A stretch of DNA of 64,000 bases from Myxococcaceae bacterium (GTDB taxonomy: Bacteria > Myxococcota > Myxococcia > Myxococcales > Myxococcaceae), in contig JAXLYB010000002.1 of the NCBI GenBank assembly GCA_046351675.1, positions 128,001 through 192,000 on the forward strand, read 5' to 3'. A program made the translations under genes and the position numbers. Below are positions 57,514-64,000 of the stretch, piece after piece. Position 1 is the first letter of the stretch; the number at the start of each line of letters is the position of its first letter. The notes beneath the pieces are model-generated. The model was not told the DNA's origin. It saw only the letters and a list, made by a program, of their open reading frames with translations, and ran no database searches.

Positions 57514-59065
57514 GCGCGCGGTACGAGTAGACGACGTCGTCGTCGAACTGCAGCCGGAAGGTCTCCGCGCCGCCGTCGAGCGCGAACTCCAGCGCGTCGG
57601 GCGTACCGGGACCGTTCGCGCCGAGGCCGACGAAGAGCGTGTCACCGCGCAGCTGCGCCGAGCCCATCGCGAACGCGAACCACCCGAGGTCGAGCTCGCT
57701 GAACGACTGCACCACGCCCGCGTCGGGGTCGAGCTGGTACGTCACCACGCGGCTGCGGCCCACGGCGTTGCCGTTGTCGAAGACCTGCAGACTGTCGGGG
57801 CCAATCACCGACGTGAAGTGCTGGTGCGAGGTGCGCTGCGCCGGTGGAGTGCCGAACGAGTCGCCCTCTCCACCGAGCCTCCAGACGATCTCACCGGTGT
57901 GGCGGTCGAGCTTCAGCACCGCGTCGAGGTGGCGGAACGACGCCACGAAGTTCTCGTCGTTCGGGTCGATGACCACGGAGTTCAGGTGTGCGTAGTCGGC
58001 CGCGGCGGACGCGTTGCCGAACGCGTTGCCGTCGGTGCTCAGCGCGTACAGCTCGGGGTGCTCGGTGCTGTCCCACTCGAAGACGACCTGGCCGGCGTCG
58101 ACCTCCTGGATCAGCGCCGCGGTCACGAAGGCGCCGCCCACTGCGGGGCTCAGCGACGCGGGCACGTTGGTGGCGTACTCGTCGTAGTAGGCGACCAGCA
58201 CGCAGTGGTCGTCCGACAGCAGAATGAAGTCGTGCGCGTCAGCGGTGACCGACGTGCGCGCGGCCGTGGGGAGCACCTGGAACGTCCTCAGCGGCGCGAA
58301 GTGCTCGTCGAGCACCTGCACCACGCCAGCCGACCAATAGGAGTAGCGCACCGCGCCGCCCGGCAGCACGTGCCGCTGGAAGTCGAGCGCGATGGAGCTC
58401 ACGCGCCGGTAGAAGAGCACCTGCCCCTGCGCGTCGAGCGCGACGACGAAGTGCCCGTAGCGCGTCGTGTACCACTCGAAGGGCGTGAGCAAGACGAGGC
58501 CTGGCGAAGGGTCGCGGCTGGTGACGGTGAACGAGGGCCAGTCCGCTGGGCGCAGGCGCACGCGGTACTCGGTGCTGCCGACGGTGACGACGATTGGCGC
58601 GGGGTTTCCGTCGAGCGGGCCCGGAGTCAACGCGGCGGGCTGTCCGTCGCCGAGCACCAGCGTGCCGACGCGCGCGTCCGAAGCGCCGCTCACCGTGACC
58701 ACCGTCGGCGCGAGCGCGGAGTACTCACTGAGCTCGTACTCGGTGATGGCTGGGTCGAACGCGGGCACCAGCTGGCCCGGGCTGAACGACATCGTCAGCA
58801 CCGCCGCGCCGGCATCGACGACCTGCACACCCGCGTCGACCTGCACACCCGCGTCGACCTCCACACCCGCGTCGAGCTCCGCGCCGGCGTCGACGGCTGC
58901 CACCCCGGCGTCCACCTCCACGCCCGCGTCGACGGCGACCGTGAAGTCACCCGCGTCGACGCCCTCGGTCTCGTCGGGCTCGGTGGGCACGACGGACACC
59001 GGCTTCCACGCCGCTTCGCACCCGCAGAAGAAGACGACCGCCAGGGCCAGGACCGAGTGGTTCAC
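57503..59065 (-). CDS. Arylsulfotransferase (ASST)-like beta-propeller lipoprotein with DAG-repeat linker
   Basis: MNHSVLALAVVFFCGC lipobox. (xDAG)n. A Cadherin-like segment FSPGQLVPAFDPAITEYEL. The propeller region is compatible with the ASST family (from memory). Confidence 0.5.
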   Translation of the reverse strand: MNHSVLALAVVFFCGCEAAWKPVSVVPTEPDETEGVDAGDFTVAVDAGVEVDAGVAAVDAGAELDAGVEVDAGVQVDAGVQVVDAGAAVLTMSFSPGQLVPAFDPAITEYELSEYSALAPTVVTVSGASDARVGTLVLGDGQPAALTPGPLDGNPAPIVVTVGSTEYRVRLRPADWPSFTVTSRDPSPGLVLLTPFEWYTTRYGHFVVALDAQGQVLFYRRVSSIALDFQRHVLPGGAVRYSYWSAGVVQVLDEHFAPLRTFQVLPTAARTSVTADAHDFILLSDDHCVLVAYYDEYATNVPASLSPAVGGAFVTAALIQEVDAGQVVFEWDSTEHPELYALSTDGNAFGNASAAADYAHLNSVVIDPNDENFVASFRHLDAVLKLDRHTGEIVWRLGGEGDSFGTPPAQRTSHQHFTSVIGPDSLQVFDNGNAVGRSRVVTYQLDPDAGVVQSFSELDLGWFAFAMGSAQLRGDTLFVGLGANGPGTPDALEFALDGGAETFRLQFDDDVVYSYRALKY

Positions 59066-59135
59066 GAATCACCTCGCGCAATGGGGGAACGCGCTGGAGG
59101 TGTTCGCCGGCCGGCCAAACCGATCAACCGGGGCG

Positions 59136-59756
59136 TCAGTACCCGATCACCGGCGAGCTGCGCACGTGCTCAGCCGAGGAAAGCTGCCCGATCATGAAGT
59201 CCGCGAGGTCCTCTCGCGTGAGCTGCAGCTTCACGTCCTTGCCGGTCTTCGAGACGCGCACGCCCCCGCGCGCCGCCGTGTCGAGCAACTGCCCCGGGCG
59301 CACGTTGATGAACTCCAGGTCGCTGTTGAGGAGCAGCGGCTCCGCGCGGTTCTTGTCGGCGTACACGTGGCGCAGCACCGTGCCCCGGATGATCTTGAAG
59401 AAGAACGGCGAGGTGTGCGCGCTGTCTCCCGCGCCCGCCGCCGACAGGTTCACCACGCGCTTCACGCCGTGCTTCTTCATCGCGGCGACGAGGTGCCGCA
59501 TCTGCACTTCCTGCAAGTCGTCGCGCTTCAAGCTGCGCGGCCCGAAGGCGTTGAGCACCGCGTCTTGCCCCGCGACCGCGGCCTCGACCGTCGCGAGGTC
59601 ACGCGCGTCACCCTTCACCACGCGCAGGCGCTCGTGCTTCGTCGCGACGTCGGCCGGGTTGCGCGCGAACGCCGTCACCTCGTGGCCCTGCTCGAGCAGC
59701 TTGCGCACGAGGTGCTTGCCGGTACCGCCAGTCGCTCCGATGACGAGAACTTTCAT
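59136..59756 (-). CDS. NAD(P)H-binding atypical SDR (NmrA/BVR-B-like) oxidoreductase
   Basis: MKVLVIGATGGTGKHLVRKLLEQGHEVTAFARN. Confidence 0.7.
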   Translation of the reverse strand: MKVLVIGATGGTGKHLVRKLLEQGHEVTAFARNPADVATKHERLRVVKGDARDLATVEAAVAGQDAVLNAFGPRSLKRDDLQEVQMRHLVAAMKKHGVKRVVNLSAAGAGDSAHTSPFFFKIIRGTVLRHVYADKNRAEPLLLNSDLEFINVRPGQLLDTAARGGVRVSKTGKDVKLQLTREDLADFMIGQLSSAEHVRSSPVIGY

Positions 59757-59790
59757 GGTGCCCGGCACCTAACATGCAGTGCCCGCACGC

Positions 59791-60195
59791 ATGACCTCGT
59801 CTCTCGTGCTCGGGGTGTTGCTCCTCACGACGTCAGCGTCATACCCGCGCGACTCGCCGTTCGACGCGCCGTGGTTCGAGCCGCGCCCGACCGGTCACTC
59901 CACGAAGCCGGCGCACCTCAACCTGCGCGAGGTCTCGGCCGCGGGCTTCCTGATCTCGGGGCTCATCTCCGCGACAGGAGGCGTGGCGCTCGTGCTCGAG
60001 GTGCTCCACGCCACTCCCTTCGCCTACCTCGAGGCGTCAGGCTTTCAGCACCTCACGAGCAGCCTGGTGTTCGGCGTGGGCGGCGCGGTGTTCATCGCGA
60101 GCTGTTTCGCGCTCGGTGCGAGCATGTCCCACCGCACAGCGGACGCTGCGACGCGCGTGTCGTGGAATCGCTCGTCGGTGGTGGTGTGGTTCTGA
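59791..60195 (+). CDS. Small hypothetical membrane protein
   Basis: Three hydrophobic helices. No motif recognised. Confidence 0.35.
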   Translation: MTSSLVLGVLLLTTSASYPRDSPFDAPWFEPRPTGHSTKPAHLNLREVSAAGFLISGLISATGGVALVLEVLHATPFAYLEASGFQHLTSSLVFGVGGAVFIASCFALGASMSHRTADAATRVSWNRSSVVVWF

Positions 60196-60203
60196 TCAGC
60201 GCA

Positions 60204-61769
60204 TCAGCGCTTGAGCCACGGCAGGTCTTCGCCCGTCAGCGACCACAACGAATCGGGGTACGCCTGCGCCGTCGTGAAGTTGCCCCAGTTCACGTTCGCG
60301 TACTTGTAGCCGTAGCCACCGTGGTCGGGCTCGGCCCACTGCGCCGACGGCACGCCCATCGCGCGCAACGTCTGGCCGAACCACTGCTGGATGAAGAGGC
60401 CCGGGTGCTCGACCTCGGCGCGCATGCGGTCGTAGACGAGCGCGGTGTTGCGGTAGTCGACGTACTGCCCGGTGGCCAACGCCCCGCCCGCGCCGCCGAA
60501 GGTGATGACCGGCACCGAGAAGGTGTTGTGCGTGATGTTGCCGCTCTCCTGCGTCCACACCACCAGCGAGTGGTCGAGCAGCGTGCCGCCCTGCCCGTCG
60601 GGAATCGCCTCGAGCTTCGCCGCGAGGTCGAGCACCACGCGCTCGAAGAAGAGCCCGTTGCCGCCCGAGAGAATGGCCTGCGGCGCGCTCGGCGCCTGGT
60701 TGTCGGGCGCGGGCGCCTGCTGATCAGCCCGGTGCGCGACCGACTGGTGGTAGTCGCCCGAGAAGTCGGTGAACGTCGCGTCTGACGAGACCACCGCGAT
60801 GCGGCTCAGCCCGCAGGTGAACGCGGCGACGATGAGGTCGTTGAGCATCTGCGCCGACGAGCCCTGCTTCACCGGGTTGATGTCGTAGTCGCCGACGTAC
60901 GGCTGCCCGTACATCTGCACGTTGCTCTGCGCGCCGCGCGGCGGCTGCGTGCACTGCGCGCCGACCTGCACGTTGAGGCGCCGCTTCAGCTCGTCGAGGC
61001 GCTGCAGGTGCTGCTCGAGCCGCAGCTTGTCGTCGGCCGACAGGCGCCGCGTGGAGTCGTGCAGCTGCTGGTAGTGGTCGCGCACCCGGTTCACCGCGGG
61101 CGGGCGCGGCGCGGGGCCACCAATCATCGTGCCGGGCGGGAACAGCCGGTCGTACCAGGTGTGGCTGTCGCGCGAGCCCGTCACCTCTTGAATCGCGCCG
61201 CTGCGGGTCGACGGGTTGGCCCACGTGTAGCTGATGCGGTTGCCCATCGTGATGACGCGCTCTCGCACGCCCGAGAGGTCCGGGTAGAACTCCGGGCTCC
61301 ACGCCATCAACTGGTCGACCGTCACGCGCGGGTGCTGGCCCACGATGGCGCCGTCGCCCATCGCCTCACCCGAGCCGTCGTTGCGCGCGATGTTCCCGAG
61401 GTGGCCGCCGGTGTGGTGGCCCACGTAGAGCGGCCAGTCGAGGCCCTGCACCACGTTCATCTTCGAGGCGAGCGCCTGCGTGAAGACGCCGCTGTCACCG
61501 CTGAGCACCGGCGAGAGCCCCGCGCGTCCGCCGTTCACGTTCAGCGTCAGCGCCTGCTTGCGCACCGTGCGGCCGCCGTAGCTCATCGTCACCGGCGAGG
61601 CCGCGGCCGGGTACATGTTCTGGTTCCATACCGCGCCGTGGCCCGTGCAGAAGTGCACGTAGAACTTCGGCATCGGCATGCCCTGCGCGCGCGCGGTGCC
61701 AGGCGCGAGCGCACGCAAGAACGGCACGGTCGAGAGCGCGGCGAGCAGCTGACGTCGGGAGAGCGCCAT
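60204..61769 (-). CDS. DUF1552-family Tat-exported protein (second copy)
   Basis: MALSRRQLLAALSTVPFLRALAPGTA. Paralog of 48081-49445 (shared blocks FSG..GHC/..FTDFSGDYHQ, LTALG/LRAMG). Confidence 0.75.
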   Translation of the reverse strand: MALSRRQLLAALSTVPFLRALAPGTARAQGMPMPKFYVHFCTGHGAVWNQNMYPAAASPVTMSYGGRTVRKQALTLNVNGGRAGLSPVLSGDSGVFTQALASKMNVVQGLDWPLYVGHHTGGHLGNIARNDGSGEAMGDGAIVGQHPRVTVDQLMAWSPEFYPDLSGVRERVITMGNRISYTWANPSTRSGAIQEVTGSRDSHTWYDRLFPPGTMIGGPAPRPPAVNRVRDHYQQLHDSTRRLSADDKLRLEQHLQRLDELKRRLNVQVGAQCTQPPRGAQSNVQMYGQPYVGDYDINPVKQGSSAQMLNDLIVAAFTCGLSRIAVVSSDATFTDFSGDYHQSVAHRADQQAPAPDNQAPSAPQAILSGGNGLFFERVVLDLAAKLEAIPDGQGGTLLDHSLVVWTQESGNITHNTFSVPVITFGGAGGALATGQYVDYRNTALVYDRMRAEVEHPGLFIQQWFGQTLRAMGVPSAQWAEPDHGGYGYKYANVNWGNFTTAQAYPDSLWSLTGEDLPWLKR

Positions 61770-61772
61770 GGG

Positions 61773-63554
61773 TCAGGGCACGATTCGGCGGGTCTTGAAC
61801 GAAGGGAGGCGGGTGATGGCCGAGAGCGCGTCGTGCAGCGAACCGCCCCGGGCCGCGTCGTCGAGCGAGCGCAGCGAGCAGGCGTCGAGCGTCACGCTCT
61901 CCCCGCGCTGGAAGCTGTAGCGGAAGTACTGGCGCGCGAAGCAGCTGTCGAAGCGCTGGCTCTCGGCGATGCGCGCGGTGACGGGCCCCAGCCCGGTGAA
62001 GCTGCGCGTGTCGCCGAGGTCGACGCGCGGCACCGCGGTGGTGTCGACGGGCGGCGCCGAGGTGGGCACGCCGTTCGCGTCGTAGAGCTGCTGCGTGGTG
62101 CGCACGCGGCCGAGCGCGTCGAAGTTCTCCGACACGTAGCCGAGGTGGTTGAAGCTCACGTGGCACCCCGAGCACGAGCTGCCCGGCGTCTCGGTGAGGT
62201 TCGCCACCACCTGCCGCGTCGTCGCGTCCGGCGAGAGCTCGGGCGGCACCACCATCAGGTTGCCCGGCGGCGGCGGCAGCGCGTCGCACAGCAGCGCGTT
62301 GCGAATGCGCAGGCCCTTCATCACCGGCCGCGTGTTCGCCGAGTCGTTCGCGAGGAAGGCCGGGCGCGTCAGCAGGCCGCTGCGCTCGGCGGGGAGCTCC
62401 ACCGGCTCGCTCGTGCCGTCCCACGCCGGCGCGCCGTAGAGCGCAGCGAGCTCGGCGCTGGTGGCGAACTGGCGGCGGTCGGTGAGCAGTCCGTCGAGCG
62501 ACGCGCCGTGGCGCACGTTCCACCGCACCGCGCTGAGCACGTCGTCGAACATCGCGTCGCGCAGCTGCGCGCTGGGCCGGTTGGCGCCCGCGAAGGCGTC
62601 GTACTGCGGCGTGCCCAGGCGCGAGGTGAGCGAGCCGAGCTCGTGCAGGCGGAACCACTGGTCGAAGAACTCGTTCACCATGCCGTCGGCGCGCGGGTCG
62701 GCGAGGAGCCGCGCCACCTGGGCGTCGAAGGTCGCGCTCTGCAGCAGGTCTCCCGACGCGGCGGCGGCGCGCAGCTCGGCGTCGGGCGGCGCCTGCCAGA
62801 ATTGGAACGAGAGGCGCGCGGCGAGCTCGTACGCGTCGAGCGAGTAGAGGTCACCGCCCAGCGACTGGTCGCCCGACTCGAGGTGGTAGAGGAAGTTCGG
62901 CGAGGCGAGCATCACCGTCAGCACGTCGGCCACCGCGTCGGGATCGACCGGCGTGGTGCCCGCGGTGGCGACGAAGAAGGTGCGGTCTTCGGCGGTCAAC
63001 GCGTGGCGCACGGCCAGCGGCCCGAGCTTGTCGACCAGCGCCGAGAGACAGGAGGCGTCGTTGGTGGTGCTCGCGTCGGTCGCGCAGCTGCCCATCAGCT
63101 CCGTGAGGCGCGCGGCCGGGCGCGTGGCCTGGCGCGCGAACGCGTTGGCCACCGCGTACGTCGAGTCGACGTTGGCCTGCTGCATCGTCTGGTCGAGCCG
63201 CGTGAAGCCGCCGTGGCTCTCGCCGTTCGCCTTCACCACCGCGTCGTCGGGCACCTGCGAGAGCTCGGTGGCGATGGCGCCGAGCGCGGCGGAAGAAGAG
63301 GTCGGCAGCGCCTGCGTCGCGAAGGCCTGCACCGAGTTCACGTACTCGCGGCGCGTCAGCCGGCGCAGCGGGAGCTCTTGCGGCGTCTGCGTCGGGTCAC
63401 ACGCGTACGGGCTCGGCGTGGGGCCGGTCGGGCCGGCGGGGTTCATCGTGCCGTCGGGGTTGATGGTGGGAATGGTGTCGTCGCGCGGGCCGGTGAGCGC
63501 TCCCTCGCAGGCGCAGAGTCCCGCGAGCAGCAGGCTGAAGAGGGCGCGGCGCAT
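61773..63554 (-). CDS. DUF1592-family secreted protein (second copy)
   Basis: MRRALFSLLLAGLCAC lipobox. PGSSCSGCHVSFNHLGYVSENFDALG equals the conserved motif of the 46438 paralog. Confidence 0.7.
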   Translation of the reverse strand: MRRALFSLLLAGLCACEGALTGPRDDTIPTINPDGTMNPAGPTGPTPSPYACDPTQTPQELPLRRLTRREYVNSVQAFATQALPTSSSAALGAIATELSQVPDDAVVKANGESHGGFTRLDQTMQQANVDSTYAVANAFARQATRPAARLTELMGSCATDASTTNDASCLSALVDKLGPLAVRHALTAEDRTFFVATAGTTPVDPDAVADVLTVMLASPNFLYHLESGDQSLGGDLYSLDAYELAARLSFQFWQAPPDAELRAAAASGDLLQSATFDAQVARLLADPRADGMVNEFFDQWFRLHELGSLTSRLGTPQYDAFAGANRPSAQLRDAMFDDVLSAVRWNVRHGASLDGLLTDRRQFATSAELAALYGAPAWDGTSEPVELPAERSGLLTRPAFLANDSANTRPVMKGLRIRNALLCDALPPPPGNLMVVPPELSPDATTRQVVANLTETPGSSCSGCHVSFNHLGYVSENFDALGRVRTTQQLYDANGVPTSAPPVDTTAVPRVDLGDTRSFTGLGPVTARIAESQRFDSCFARQYFRYSFQRGESVTLDACSLRSLDDAARGGSLHDALSAITRLPSFKTRRIVP

Positions 63555-63661
63555 GCGGGGAACGGGAATCGAAGCAGAACTCCGGCTGCCGTGCGCAGTA
63601 GGGACTTCTCCCACCAGGTGACCTCCTCAGTGGAGAGGAGCCCTGGGGGCCTGATTTCGGC

Positions 63662-64000
63662 TCACGGGCGCTGCGTGCTGAGGATGTCGGCGTCGTCGCC
63701 TTCGCCGCCGGGGGCTGCGTCTGCCCCGAGCGAAATCACCACCGGGTCGCCGTCGCGGAGTTCCCAGTGGAGCACCGTGCCCCAGGGGTCGACGGGCGCT
63801 TCCTTGAGGGCGCGCTGTTTGATCAACGGCTCCCAGCCTTCGCGTTGATCAGGGTAGTGGCCGACGGAGGCGCGGTAGAGGTCGAACGCCGTCGAGGCGG
63901 TCTTCGTGTCGAGCCACGCCGTGCGGCGCTGCGATTGGCGGTGCTGGCCGATGGCGTAGACGGCCACGGCGGTGGTGAGCATCGAGATGATGGTGATGAC
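63662..64000 (-). CDS. Type II secretion pseudopilin GspG-like protein, N-terminus beyond the window
   Basis: YRASVGHYP...DPWGTVLHWELRDGDPVVISLGADAAPGGEGDDADI matches the GspG C-terminal signature (DPWG..Y.Y....F.L.SLGADG..GGEG.DADI). The frame is open to base 64000. Confidence 0.55.
   Translation of the reverse strand, partial: VITIISMLTTAVAVYAIGQHRQSQRRTAWLDTKTASTAFDLYRASVGHYPDQREGWEPLIKQRALKEAPVDPWGTVLHWELRDGDPVVISLGADAAPGGEGDDADILSTQRP

Overview
A 64-kb, roughly 70% GC chromosomal window that is very probably from a myxobacterium (Myxococcota). The evidence is three proteins ending in a MYXO-CTERM-type sorting tag (Cys, Gly-rich stretch, hydrophobic helix, RRRR), DAG-repeat linkers in several secreted proteins, two DUF1592/DUF1552 gene pairs, and a family of CCCTCTCC/GGAGAGGG hairpin repeats in most intergenic gaps. 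The window holds about 50 protein genes with 90% or higher GC at codon position 3. I detected no rRNA, tRNA, CRISPR, insertion sequence, transposase or integrase. Many long Arg/Ala/Pro-rich ORFs in the six-frame track are alternative-frame artefacts of the GC bias. Housekeeping anchors are gyrB (6040-8511, minus strand), a cyclophilin (38039-38551) and a class I/II aminotransferase (22929-24119). The other blocks are: a copper-tolerance operon (YHS protein, TolC-like outer-membrane factor, multicopper oxidase, Cys-rich lipoprotein) next to a hybrid histidine kinase; a large secreted/lipoprotein complement (beta-helix lipoprotein, phosphodiester glycosidase, lamin-tail-domain protein, M16 and M36-type metalloproteases, arylsulfotransferase-like protein); and two TetR-family regulators with palindromic operator candidates. 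Three clusters are the most likely carriers of undescribed biology. First, a translationally coupled Ham1(ITPase)-like/2H-phosphoesterase fusion plus a minimal pol-beta nucleotidyltransferase, downstream of an ankyrin/zinc-finger protein (29.2-31.4 kb). Second, a MoxR-type AAA+ ATPase operon encoding a 170-aa, a 589-aa and a 1058-aa repeat-bearing protein, with hairpin repeats at the gene junctions (39.5-46.3 kb). Third, a DUF99 gene translationally coupled to a small KxDG nucleotidyltransferase/RNA-ligase-like gene (24.2-25.5 kb). All calls come from reading the sequence and the supplied translations. No database search was possible, so family assignments are motif-based inferences.
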